Of a DNA stretch of 64,000 bases, positions 39,136-48,838 are shown piece by piece. Below the pieces are notes generated by a model. The model was not told the DNA's origin. It worked only from the letters and a program-made list of their open reading frames with translations, and did not search any database. The stretch lies in IMG/VR virus record IMGVR_UViG_3300031088_000789; one strand, given 5' to 3'. The stretch's first letter is position 1. Each line of letters opens with the position of its first letter. This DNA comes from an uncultured virus (IMG/VR IMGVR_UViG_3300031088_000789). Taxonomy: Duplodnaviria > Heunggongvirae > Uroviricota > Caudoviricetes. The translations under genes were made by a program, and so were the position numbers.

Positions 39136-39371
39136 GAGACTGTTATGACTATTGAAAAAATGGATGCTGAATAAAAAATTTTTACTATTGGTTTTTCGGA
39201 ATTATTGGCGTAATTGTTGTACTCTTTTCATATTTTTTTAGTGCTTGCAATTATAACCCAACAGGCGTTTTTATTTAAAGACCTCCTTCTAGGAGGTTTT
39301 TTATTTTCTTGATTTTTTATTATTATTTGATAATCTTTTAAGGAAACTTAGAATAGAGAATAAAACACTTC

Positions 39372-40040
39372 ATGCTCATAAAAAAATTAAAGAATATCGC
39401 TGGTGGCGTTACTTTGCTTGAACCACTTATGGGGATTGGTATCATCATGGTGATTATTATAGGGATAATCACCTATTATAATGCTGCTACTAAAAAAGCT
39501 GATTCTGATTTTATTGATATTGTTAATTTTGGATATTTATTAAATGAAGTGCATTCGGATAAAGATTCAATTACTTTAAAATACAATGAAATCGTACCCT
39601 TTCAACAAGATCTCTTTAAGAAATTAGATTGCACTAAACTCATATGTAAGCCTTTTGATTTAATTAAATATCCTCCTAATACTTATTTATCTATTTCTTA
39701 TAAAAACTCAAACTTTGAGTCTTTTAAGATCTATACAAAAATAAGTAGTTCTATATTTGAGTTCACTGATATTCCATATAATGACTGGGTTTCAAAAATG
39801 CCTTATAGTGAATTTACACAACAACAAGAGATATTAGTAAAAAAGGAGTTAAAACGTAATCCTAAACTTAATCCTATCATTGTTAATTTAACCAAACTAT
39901 TTGATAATATTTCTATTTATAAGGCATTAGACAGTGACGGTTCAATTGTCACAGATAGCTATTGTCCAGAATCTACTTGCAGTAGTATTTTAGAATACAA
40001 ACATAAGTCAATTAACTCAACACTTATTACTCATAAATAA
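39372..40040 (+). CDS. type IV pilin-like protein
   Basis: G|VTLLE class III signal, hydrophobic helix, C-terminal Cys pair. Confidence 0.7.
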   Translation: MLIKKLKNIAGGVTLLEPLMGIGIIMVIIIGIITYYNAATKKADSDFIDIVNFGYLLNEVHSDKDSITLKYNEIVPFQQDLFKKLDCTKLICKPFDLIKYPPNTYLSISYKNSNFESFKIYTKISSSIFEFTDIPYNDWVSKMPYSEFTQQQEILVKKELKRNPKLNPIIVNLTKLFDNISIYKALDSDGSIVTDSYCPESTCSSILEYKHKSINSTLITHK

Positions 40041-40053
40041 AGGATGATATATT

Positions 40054-40683
40054 ATGGCTTTAATAAAAATAAAACGAATTACTGGCAGTGTTTCTGCACT
40101 TGATTTTTGCATGCAGTTAGCGATAGTTCTTTTAATTACTGTGCTAGCTCTTCTTGCCTATGGTTCGGCTACTAAAACAAGAATAAATCCATCACTGCTC
40201 AATATTGCTATATTATCTGATCATTTGACTTATTCCACGTCAGATAAAGATATGATTATTTTAAACTATCATGAAATAGTTCCTTTTCAGGAATCATTAT
40301 TCAGTAAGATTGATTGTTATAAATATAGTTGTGAACTCTTTGATATAAATAAATACAATGAAAATACTTACCTTAAAATTTTTTATAAAAACTCCCATTT
40401 ATCCGCATTTTCAATTTATACAAAAGAAAAAGAATCTATTTTTGAATTTAATAAAACACCCTATCTTAGCTGGTTTAAAGATTTTGACAATAATGAATTT
40501 ATTAAACAACAAATAGAAAACACAAAATTAGAAAAAAACCGTAACGATCAAAAAAATAATCATTTATATACCTTTTTAAAAACTATGACTATTTATCCTG
40601 AATCTGATAATGGTCAGCGTTTATATGGTCATGATTGTCATGAAAAAACATGCTCTGTTGTGTTAAATTATAAACTTAATTAA
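40054..40683 (+). CDS. pilin-like protein, tandem paralog of 39372..40040
   Basis: GSVSALD + TM; YHEIVPFQESLFSKIDC vs YNEIVPFQQDLFKKLDC. Confidence 0.65.
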   Translation: MALIKIKRITGSVSALDFCMQLAIVLLITVLALLAYGSATKTRINPSLLNIAILSDHLTYSTSDKDMIILNYHEIVPFQESLFSKIDCYKYSCELFDINKYNENTYLKIFYKNSHLSAFSIYTKEKESIFEFNKTPYLSWFKDFDNNEFIKQQIENTKLEKNRNDQKNNHLYTFLKTMTIYPESDNGQRLYGHDCHEKTCSVVLNYKLN

Positions 40684-40776
40684 GAAAGTTATACTTCTTT
40701 TTTATTTGTTTTATTCAGTGGTCTTTAATAATATATTTCTTGTGGTATATTTTTATTATAATGATGAGATTTATAT

Positions 40777-41988
40777 ATGAAAAAATATTTACCACTTTCA
40801 ATTGCTCTTTTGATGACAGCTCCTAATATATTAGCTGGCTACTCTATGCATATCCCACTTGAAGATGCTATGTTCACAGAGCCTGAAAACTTAACTCTAG
40901 ATGGATCTGTAACCGCAAATAAAACAACTGTAAATTATGGGGATAGTTTTTTAGTTGAATGGGATTATGAAAAACTTACTTCTATTTATATCCCAAATGC
41001 TGGAACATTTACTAGTAATTCAGGTTCGGCAAGCGTTACACCTAATCGTTCAGGTCCATTTAATGTTATTGTGAACAATCGAAGCAAATCAGAAACCACT
41101 ACTTTACCTATGACTGTTATATTCCCGCCTGTTCAAATTGTATCCTTTACATCAGCGGATAGAGGAATTTCTGTAGGTGATAAAATTACTTTGAATTGGC
41201 AAGTTGATGGTGCTGAATCTGTTGAAATAACTTCACTATCTTCAAATGCCAGCGTGCCTGATGGAAGATTATCTAACACCGGCACCTATGTTTCTAATAC
41301 AGGTGGTCTTGTTACGGGTGATGTTGTTAAATATTTATTAACTGCATTCTCTCCTGATGGTGAAACCATTAAAACAGCTACTGTTGAAGTACCTGTTCGT
41401 GGGAGTATGACATTTACAGCTTTCAACATTACAAACCCATTTTCAAGTTATGTTGGAGGTATAGCTATTCCAGTTGGTGGAACTCTAAATACAAATTGGA
41501 CAGGCACTAATATTAAGTCTATTGTTTTATCAGGTGTTGATGCTGATAATCCATATCTTCCTTATACATTTAGTAAGTCTATTCCTAATCCAGATGCCAA
41601 TAGTTATAATATCCCTATGACTACTGTTGGTGACTGGTATGTTAATAATGTTGTAGGTACTGGCTATAATAAGTTTCAAACAAGCCCTTATGTGAATGCT
41701 CGTGTTAGAGTTTATCAACCTAGTAAAATAAACTCATTTACAATAAATGGATTGTCTGCTAGTGAAATTACTATCAAGAAAGGTAATTATCCAATTGTTT
41801 GGACAGGAACCGATCCTCTTCTGAAGTATGTCTTTACAAGTGTTTATGGTGATACTGAGTTATCATCTTCCACTCGTTCAACCAGTCAATTTTTCCTTGA
41901 TCCGGGTGACTACAGAATAAAAATAGCAGCAATTGATTATAATGGCGTTTCTGATAGTCGTGAGATTCTTGTTCACGTTACCAATTAA
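40777..41988 (+). CDS. secreted Ig-like/beta-sandwich repeat protein (possible adhesin)
   Basis: Signal peptide; repeats such as IVSFTS...GDKITLNWQV. Confidence 0.7.
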   Translation: MKKYLPLSIALLMTAPNILAGYSMHIPLEDAMFTEPENLTLDGSVTANKTTVNYGDSFLVEWDYEKLTSIYIPNAGTFTSNSGSASVTPNRSGPFNVIVNNRSKSETTTLPMTVIFPPVQIVSFTSADRGISVGDKITLNWQVDGAESVEITSLSSNASVPDGRLSNTGTYVSNTGGLVTGDVVKYLLTAFSPDGETIKTATVEVPVRGSMTFTAFNITNPFSSYVGGIAIPVGGTLNTNWTGTNIKSIVLSGVDADNPYLPYTFSKSIPNPDANSYNIPMTTVGDWYVNNVVGTGYNKFQTSPYVNARVRVYQPSKINSFTINGLSASEITIKKGNYPIVWTGTDPLLKYVFTSVYGDTELSSSTRSTSQFFLDPGDYRIKIAAIDYNGVSDSREILVHVTN

Positions 41989-42055
41989 TGTTGATTTTGT
42001 TTGTAGTTCTTGCTAAAATAGCCTTACTCAAAAAGGCTTATTTAGGATTCGTTAC

Positions 42056-42418
42056 ATGAATATCACTTACAAAACTGCTGTTGATAAACAACAAGCTCTA
42101 GAATTTTGTAAGCTTGCAAAATCTAACCGTCTGTTTGTCCCCGGATGGAATCTTTCTTGTGATTTGAACTCAGCAATCAATGGCTACATTGATTTAGTTG
42201 AAATCGAAATATCACTTGCTTTTGATGGTGAAAAACCTGTTGCAATTGCCTTTAAAGAGAATAAAATTATCCAATGTTTTGTTCGCTCAGCGTATCGTAG
42301 GAAAGGCATTGGTTCGGAGATTATCAAAACCCATATTAAACCTCGATCTTATTCTTATGTAGGTCTTGATATAAGTCGAGATTTTTGGACTAAAAATAAG
42401 GTTCCATGCCTTAGTTAA
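42056..42418 (+). CDS. GNAT-family acetyltransferase-like, paralog of 10431..10802
   Basis: FVRSAYRRKGIGSEI; FWTKNK. Confidence 0.7.
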   Translation: MNITYKTAVDKQQALEFCKLAKSNRLFVPGWNLSCDLNSAINGYIDLVEIEISLAFDGEKPVAIAFKENKIIQCFVRSAYRRKGIGSEIIKTHIKPRSYSYVGLDISRDFWTKNKVPCLS

Positions 42419-42508
42419 AACCATTATTTTGTAAAAATAGGGCTTCGGCCCTTTTTTTTGTGCTCTCATTTTGATATAATGGTGTTCTTATTTCAGGAGT
42501 TGAACCCT

Positions 42509-42997
42509 ATGAAACCTTCATTTTGGTCTACTTACACGGATCAGCTAAAACTTGGATTTCTCCACAATGTTGTCTATTCAACACTGTTGGTCATCGTTGT
42601 TGCACTGACGCCTGTGAGTTTAGGTTTTCTTTCATGGTATAACACAGAAGTGCCTGCTAAACTGGTTTGGAAAGATCCGAAAGCTTATCCTCATAAATAC
42701 AAGAATCGTATTAGCTATCGGTATTATGCTTCGTTTTACTTTGATGAAATTAAATCAAAGAAAATGATTGAAATTCAAGAAACCACCCACTCTAATGCTA
42801 AAATCGGTGATGTTTACTTGTTTTCTCGTAGTCATAAATTGCAAACAGGTTGGTATAACACCTTTATGATACTGGGTCTTGCGAATATTGCATGCACCAC
42901 ACTGTTATTTTTGGCTCTGGTGTGCAACTTCTTTTCTGTCGCTAACACCTATTTTAGTGTTAAAAAGAAAGACACCTCTTATCCATACCCCGATTAA
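42509..42997 (+). CDS. 2-TM membrane protein
   Basis: AGGAG RBS; two hydrophobic segments. Confidence 0.7.
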   Translation: MKPSFWSTYTDQLKLGFLHNVVYSTLLVIVVALTPVSLGFLSWYNTEVPAKLVWKDPKAYPHKYKNRISYRYYASFYFDEIKSKKMIEIQETTHSNAKIGDVYLFSRSHKLQTGWYNTFMILGLANIACTTLLFLALVCNFFSVANTYFSVKKKDTSYPYPD

Positions 42998-43078
42998 AAT
43001 TGTGTTTTTTGGATAAAATCGTTGTTTTTCTTGTATCAAAGTGGTATACTTATCCCATCAAGAGAAAAGGGGTTAAGC

Positions 43079-43342
43079 ATGAACAAATTCATTATTGCCA
43101 TTATCCTTTGCCTGTTCACCACCTTGGCTTCTGCTGCTAGTGAGCCAATTCGTATTAAATACAATGGCAGTCGTGGTTGGGATTTCTCTTCCCCACTCTA
43201 CAAGAGCACTACCAGTCAAGCTCGCTCGAAAGTGCGTTACTATGAGAACCTACCAAAACGTGAAGTCAAATCGGCTTTCCGTGAATTGGACCGCAATATG
43301 AACCGTAATATCAATCGTAGCCTGAAAAAACTGTTTCGCTGA
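43079..43342 (+). CDS. small secreted basic protein
   Basis: Signal peptide ending ASA. Confidence 0.65.
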   Translation: MNKFIIAIILCLFTTLASAASEPIRIKYNGSRGWDFSSPLYKSTTSQARSKVRYYENLPKREVKSAFRELDRNMNRNINRSLKKLFR

Positions 43343-43408
43343 CAGTCGGTTATTGAAAAACTGATATTTGATGTGTTAAACTGTAAATAACCCAAGAGGA
43401 CTCAAATC

Positions 43409-43528
43409 ATGAAAAATGAACTTGTTTCGCTGGTTGTTTCGGCTGTTGGCATTCCACTTATCATCCCAGCTTACATCGGGTACCATATGTTCTTTGCTCC
43501 ACGAGAAAAAGCCCAAGCAAAACGTTAG
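43409..43528 (+). CDS. small single-TM protein (39 aa)
   Basis: GAGG RBS; hydrophobic core. Confidence 0.55.
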   Translation: MKNELVSLVVSAVGIPLIIPAYIGYHMFFAPREKAQAKR

Positions 43529-43636
43529 TCATCGCAGGATGCGGAAAACCTAAATTGAGAAATTTAGGTTTTTTATTGTTTGTGATTAGTCATTGTTGTA
43601 TAATAGACATTCAATCGCACAGGTTCGGTTCTTATC

Positions 43637-44119
43637 ATGAAAAAGCATTGGCTTAACACCAATCAGGCTACTATCAATAAAGCATTCATGGCTTTTGCGA
43701 TGCATCATTTTTCAAAATACAAAGGTTGTGGTGAAGCCGAAACCTATCCAGAAATAGATGAAAATGGTTGTTTAGCTTACGTGTATGAAGTTTCCAGTCA
43801 TTTTCAATCAAGCTGGTCTGATTCTGATGTATTGACCCATGAAAACAAGTTTTATGGCAAGGAATTTGATCAGATTGTTCGATTCTATGTTGGTCTGGTT
43901 ATTCCACGTCTTCAAACCCGCCATGTTGATGCTATTGCTCAACTTGTAAAGCCAGCGATGACTGAATGCCATCACTCTTGCTCTTCTGATTGGTATACTC
44001 AGATCCGTTTTAATGCAAAAACTATCACCTTACGTCAAGTAGCAGAAATTGCTACCGCTTATTTGAAAGAGCATATGATGTATCGTGAAAAAGATGAATT
44101 TGTTAAAAATATTAACTAA
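43637..44119 (+). CDS. hypothetical protein
   Basis: Cassette. Confidence 0.75.
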   Translation: MKKHWLNTNQATINKAFMAFAMHHFSKYKGCGEAETYPEIDENGCLAYVYEVSSHFQSSWSDSDVLTHENKFYGKEFDQIVRFYVGLVIPRLQTRHVDAIAQLVKPAMTECHHSCSSDWYTQIRFNAKTITLRQVAEIATAYLKEHMMYREKDEFVKNIN

Positions 44120-44133
44120 TTGGAGATTTCTCT

Positions 44134-44358
44134 ATGAGTGCAAAAGAACCACAACCGATGCCAGAAATATTTAAAAGAAATCGTGAAGATGGACAGGCTC
44201 CGATGGCACGCCCAAAACCATCTGCAGCTCCACCTGCATTGAAGAGCACTAAAAATTCACCCACATTTTCGACATTGAAAAGCATTATTATGAACTATGA
44301 TGCACTCTCAGACGAGCAAAAATTTGGGCTTATTGATAAAATTAGTGAGTTGTATTAA
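44134..44358 (+). CDS. proline-rich hypothetical protein
   Basis: GGAG RBS. Confidence 0.65.
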   Translation: MSAKEPQPMPEIFKRNREDGQAPMARPKPSAAPPALKSTKNSPTFSTLKSIIMNYDALSDEQKFGLIDKISELY

Positions 44359-44540
44359 ATAATCATCACTTTGATTGTGACGTGTTGAACAAACAACACG
44401 TCTTATATCAGATGGGTGATTTCAACTTATAAAAATGTTATTAAAATCAATTTCTATAGAGTGTTTAGTTCTTTATCTTTGATTGACCTTCAAGGTTTTC
44501 AGCATTATAATGTTCGCCACTTTGAAGGAGATAGTAAGTT

Positions 44541-45035
44541 ATGATTTTGAAAAACCTTACCATTCTACTGGCTCTTAGTGCTTCTACTGCCTTTGCTGCT
44601 GAAAAAGAAGCTGTTCGCCGTTGTGAATCGAATGATGAATGCTTGAAGCTTGCAGAAGTCCTCTATTTTGAGGCTCGGGGCGAAACCAAAGAAGGCATCA
44701 TTGCCGTTGGTCAAGTTGTTCTTAACCGCACTGCTCGGGCCAACGATACCATCTTTGCCGTTGTAGATAAAAAACGGACAGTTAAAAACAAGACCATTTG
44801 CCAGTTCTCGTATGTTTGCGATGCACTCAATGGCAAATCTAAAAAAATCAAAAATGACCATCTAAAAGTGATTGCTCAGGGCTTACTGGACAACAAATAT
44901 CCCGATTATGCCAAAGGTGCTGACCACTTCTTTAATGCTGCGATTGAGGCTCCAAGTTGGGCTAAGAACATGACTCATGTGGCTTCAATTGGTGCCCATA
45001 TGTTTTATGATTCAACTCGTGGTTCAGACTCCTAA
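44541..45035 (+). CDS. SleB-like cell wall hydrolase (Hydrolase_2) with signal peptide
   Basis: LAEVLYFEARGE...AVGQVVLNR...CQFS...GADHF...IGAHMFY. Confidence 0.9.
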   Translation: MILKNLTILLALSASTAFAAEKEAVRRCESNDECLKLAEVLYFEARGETKEGIIAVGQVVLNRTARANDTIFAVVDKKRTVKNKTICQFSYVCDALNGKSKKIKNDHLKVIAQGLLDNKYPDYAKGADHFFNAAIEAPSWAKNMTHVASIGAHMFYDSTRGSDS

Positions 45036-45148
45036 TCATCTCTATTTAGAAACCCCTTTTGATTGAACTCATTAGGGGTTTTCTTTTTATTGAAATATTT
45101 CCAAATTTGAACTATAATTCATTTCTGTTATTTTTATTTGGAGTTGGT

Positions 45149-45373
45149 ATGTATAGTAAAGATATTATCATCTTGGGTGGTGGAACTAGTCGTCTTGGCC
45201 TAGGCCGATTGATTACTATCTTTTCTAATATGCCTGTTCAGGAAGGTGATTTCGTTATCGATCATTTGGGTTTTGTCGATTATGTTGAAGGAACGCCATT
45301 GAAGCCGGATAATCGTCTCTATTACCAGAAATTTGAACGTCCTTATGGTAAAAATTACCGTCGATCAAAATGA
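45149..45373 (+). CDS. hypothetical protein, related to 17289..17633
   Basis: GGAG RBS. Confidence 0.65.
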   Translation: MYSKDIIILGGGTSRLGLGRLITIFSNMPVQEGDFVIDHLGFVDYVEGTPLKPDNRLYYQKFERPYGKNYRRSK

Positions 45374-45436
45374 ATTTTTTCTAGACAATTACGGTTGAGT
45401 TAGTTATACTTAACACATTGATTAGGAGACTTTACT

Positions 45437-45655
45437 ATGGGTATGGCTTTCGGTGTTACCATTGATGATGTAGCGGCTGTATTGGCACGAAACGGTCAAG
45501 CTAAACGTTCTGATACTGCATTGGATGAATTGCTGGATAATCTAGATGTTGATCGGATTGAGCGTGATGCTCTGTATGGTGACGACATGGATCAGCAAAT
45601 TGACTATGCTTATGCTTCTATTGAAGCCCAACTGAAAGAGCAAGGTGTTCTGTAA
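45437..45655 (+). CDS. acidic hypothetical protein
   Basis: AGGAG RBS. Confidence 0.75.
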   Translation: MGMAFGVTIDDVAAVLARNGQAKRSDTALDELLDNLDVDRIERDALYGDDMDQQIDYAYASIEAQLKEQGVL

Positions 45656-45716
45656 AACCTTGCTTTTGATTTATAAGCAGGGTATAATCAGATCTAAATA
45701 AATAGGAAAGTGAATC

Positions 45717-46226
45717 ATGTCTAACTTCAAATACAATGTTGGTGATAAGGTTATCAACTTGTCAGAATTGTCTTTGTGGGATAACTCGATTCACTTTGAA
45801 CAGTTTAAAAACAGTTTTATCAAAACTGTAACCAGTGCAACTGCAGACCACTTTTCAGTGACTGCGTATGATGTAAATCAACGCATGACCTATAACAGTC
45901 TGAATGATCGTCATATTTTCAATCAAAAAGATGGTAGTTGCCGCGATTACACTTATAGCATTGATAATACCCTTTATCATTTTGTCCATGACCATGACCG
46001 AATTGTTGCTTTCGTCAAGAAAAAAATTGCAGAGTCTTTCGATAAGGCTCAGGCAGATGATGATAAAGAAATTGCTTCACTGGAAGCACAAATTGAGCGT
46101 TTGCAAGCTCGATTGGAGCATATTAAAGCGGGTGGCCGTTCGGCTATTAGTCGCCCCTTCCCACAACGTCAGTTCTTGAAAGACCAAGAGAAATTTATTA
46201 TGAATAGCCTTGGAATTGACGCTTAA
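45717..46226 (+). CDS. hypothetical protein with coiled coil
   Basis: Cassette. Confidence 0.75.
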   Translation: MSNFKYNVGDKVINLSELSLWDNSIHFEQFKNSFIKTVTSATADHFSVTAYDVNQRMTYNSLNDRHIFNQKDGSCRDYTYSIDNTLYHFVHDHDRIVAFVKKKIAESFDKAQADDDKEIASLEAQIERLQARLEHIKAGGRSAISRPFPQRQFLKDQEKFIMNSLGIDA

Positions 46227-46286
46227 ACGTTGTTTTCAAAAGCTGTTTTTGCTATAATAAATCTACCCAATCAATGAGGTTTTACT

Positions 46287-46571
46287 ATGTCTCGTTCTCG
46301 CTATACTCGCAAATCGCTCTATGCTGATCTGAAAGACATTAACAAAGGGCTAATTGGCACGGGTTATTACCTTGCTGCTAACGGACGTAATGGCTACACT
46401 GGTGTTGATGAATACGTTGGTGATGCCAGCGAAGGTACTGGTGGCCGTTGTGTTCGCAATATCAAATGCGGCACTCCCCGTGAATGTCTGGAAGCGGCCT
46501 TGGAATATGAGGCTCCTGAACCACGCCGTGAGCTTCAAGGCACTCAGAAAAGTCCTTTCGGGCCTTTCTAA
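46287..46571 (+). CDS. hypothetical protein
   Basis: GAGG RBS. Confidence 0.75.
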   Translation: MSRSRYTRKSLYADLKDINKGLIGTGYYLAANGRNGYTGVDEYVGDASEGTGGRCVRNIKCGTPRECLEAALEYEAPEPRRELQGTQKSPFGPF

Positions 46572-46651
46572 AAAACTTAAAAATAGCTTGTTCTTCGATT
46601 CTTACTTTGTTATACTAGCCACATCAACCAAACCATAGAAGGAAACATGCA

Positions 46652-46846
46652 ATGACTCAGAAATTCGGTGCTCATGACCTCGTAACTTCGCGTTCTTCCG
46701 GCTACACTGGTCGCGTTATGGCTTCTTATCCCGGTGAGCGTGGCCGTGAAATTCTTGTCCAAGGCGTTCCAGATGTTCGCTCGGGCAAAACCCCAGCTCC
46801 ACAGGTGTTCACTGAAAAGGCTCTGCGTCACACTACCATCGGGTAA
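46652..46846 (+). CDS. small hypothetical protein
   Basis: AAGGA RBS; strong codon bias. Confidence 0.7.
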   Translation: MTQKFGAHDLVTSRSSGYTGRVMASYPGERGREILVQGVPDVRSGKTPAPQVFTEKALRHTTIG

Positions 46847-46943
46847 GTGAACAGAAATCAAAAAAGGCCGTCATTAGACGGCTTTTTTATTTCCTATTTC
46901 AATGATTTATGCTATAATTGAGACTCATAAAAGGAGAGTCCTT

Positions 46944-47546
46944 ATGCAGCTTATCGAACATGTATCTGCACAGTACAAACCAAGAACTGTACACAATGCT
47001 CGTACAGCAGACCTTACCGTCGCTATCGCAGAAGACTTTTCCTCAGCCGGTGAACGCTTGACGAAACGTGAAGCAGGTGAACGTTATGTTGCTATCCATT
47101 TAAGCACTGACCCGCTTGTCGCCGCTCGCATGCTCTATGCGGCTTGTAAAAAACACAATGTTTCGACCTTAAACGTGGCCGGAAACGGTATCTATTCTTT
47201 GTCAGGTGAATGGGCCAAGGATAATCGTCCAGACAAATTCAAAGTATTGGATGAAGCATCGCTTGTGAACGAATCACAAGCTTCTTTGAACCAATGGGTT
47301 TATCTCGTTATCTCTAAGGTTCATGAGTTTTGGCCTATTACTAATCTCATTTCAGGTGGTCAAACAGGTGCTGATTGGGCTGGTGGCATCGCTGGTGAGG
47401 TTTTGGGGATGAACGTGACGATGACATTCCCGAAAGGCTATCTGCAGCGGGATGAACACCACCAAGACTTTACGCAAAGCAAAGGTGATGTTGAAAATAA
47501 AGTCAATGCCTACTTAGATTATGTGGATACTACTCAAAAAATCTGA
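46944..47546 (+). CDS. SLOG-superfamily (MoCo-carrier/YpsA-like) protein, apparently circularly permuted
   Basis: YKPRTVHN...AD, LNVAG, then ISGGQTGAD...PKG near the C-terminus. Confidence 0.7.
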   Translation: MQLIEHVSAQYKPRTVHNARTADLTVAIAEDFSSAGERLTKREAGERYVAIHLSTDPLVAARMLYAACKKHNVSTLNVAGNGIYSLSGEWAKDNRPDKFKVLDEASLVNESQASLNQWVYLVISKVHEFWPITNLISGGQTGADWAGGIAGEVLGMNVTMTFPKGYLQRDEHHQDFTQSKGDVENKVNAYLDYVDTTQKI

Positions 47547-47614
47547 ATTTTTACTTGTTTTCAAATTAGAAATTTGTTAACATAACTATCTAGACTCAAT
47601 GTATGAGGTTTACC

Positions 47615-47797
47615 ATGGCTGGCTATATTCATGATGATGTTCGTGAAATTATGGAAAACGCAGCAGATCCTGAAAACAAAACTGGTCCGTCTACCGTAGG
47701 TTTTACGCCTGAACAGTTAGAAGCTGTTAACATTATGTTGCAGTATAGCTGGAATCGTGGCTATAAATCGGCTTGCCAAGATCGGGATGAAGGGTAA
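47615..47797 (+). CDS. hypothetical protein
   Basis: GAGG RBS. Confidence 0.65.
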   Translation: MAGYIHDDVREIMENAADPENKTGPSTVGFTPEQLEAVNIMLQYSWNRGYKSACQDRDEG

Positions 47798-48010
47798 ATC
47801 TTCAAAAAACAATTGATTTATTCATGATTTTGCAGTAGAATATGATTTCAATAACGCAGCAAACAGTTATGTAGTTGAGCAATAAAAAGTTTTAAAAAGT
47901 TGGCAAAAAAGGCTTGCACAGATACACCAACTTTGATATACTGCAACGCATAAAGGGTAGATGATAAAGTCTACGGGTGGAGGCGGTGACGCGGGCTAGC
48001 CACTAAATAA

Positions 48011-48095
48011 GCCCATGTGGTGAAATTGGTAGACGCGGTGGATTCAAAATCCTCTGTCGAAAGACGTGTCGGTTCGAGTCCGACCTTGGGCACCA
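48011..48095 (+). tRNA. tRNA-Leu(CAA)
   Basis: Paralog of 20381..20465; one U-U mismatch in the anticodon stem. Confidence 0.92.
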
Positions 48096-48109
48096 AATTT
48101 AAGTTTTAT

Positions 48110-48276
48110 GGCTGTTGCTAAACTGGATCGGCTGGAAGTGTCAAACGTGCAGACACCGAGAGTCGTGGATGTGGAGGCGGAGTGAAGATGAAATAACAAG
48201 TCAGAAGAGATTGCACGTACTCCGAGGCTTGTGAAATAGTCCTAACTTGGTGGTTCGACCCCATCAACAGCTACCA
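48110..48276 (+). ncRNA. tRNA-like RNA with large pseudoknotted insert
   Basis: Acceptor GGCTGTT/AACAGCT-A-CCA, T arm GGTGG-TTCGACC-CCATC, ~130 nt interior with 4 interlocking helices. Confidence 0.75.
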
Positions 48277-48385
48277 AACACTAAACCACCTTCGGGTGGT
48301 TTTTTATTGTCTAAAATAATTTGATTTTTATCTACACATTCGTTATAATAAAACTCTATTTTTATCATTATATGAGGATGCATAT

Positions 48386-48682
48386 ATGTCCAACCAACTG
48401 ATTTATTCAGAAGATTACAAGAATCGTCTTGGGGTTGCTATCAATTCCATGCTGTCTGATGATTCTGTGGGTAATGTCTATGTCATTAAACGAGTGGGTG
48501 CAAACCTTAGTATGGAACCTGTCAATTACGATGACATTGTTAATCTGATTGACACTCACTCTTCTTATGAACTTATCGTCTTTGATGGTGGAAACTCCCA
48601 TAGTGACCTTTGGAAATACGCCTTTTATCCAAAATCAGGTATTTTTCACTTTGTTGATGAAAGTGAAATTGTTGCCAATTGA
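48386..48682 (+). CDS. hypothetical protein
   Basis: GAGG RBS. Confidence 0.7.
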   Translation: MSNQLIYSEDYKNRLGVAINSMLSDDSVGNVYVIKRVGANLSMEPVNYDDIVNLIDTHSSYELIVFDGGNSHSDLWKYAFYPKSGIFHFVDESEIVAN

Positions 48683-48838
48683 TTGGTAGCTTCGCATTTA
48701 AAATTTGCTGATTAAGCTCATTTATGCCATCATTGTTTTTGGCTGATGAGCTTTTTTCTTTTCTTACAAAATAATTGTCTAATACACCTTCTTTTGCTAT
48801 ACTAGCAACATCAATCAAACCATAGAAGAACCTTCAAA

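Noticed and set aside
39145..39277. ATG-led hydrophobic remnant with an early TAA, suggesting stop-codon recoding
   Set aside because: It also needs a frameshift, other genes end normally at TAA/TAG/TGA, and no suppressor tRNA is present; probably a decayed small gene.
48110..48276. Canonical tmRNA (ssrA)
   Set aside because: Too short, no G3-U70, no tag frame ending in an Ala-Ala-type degron.
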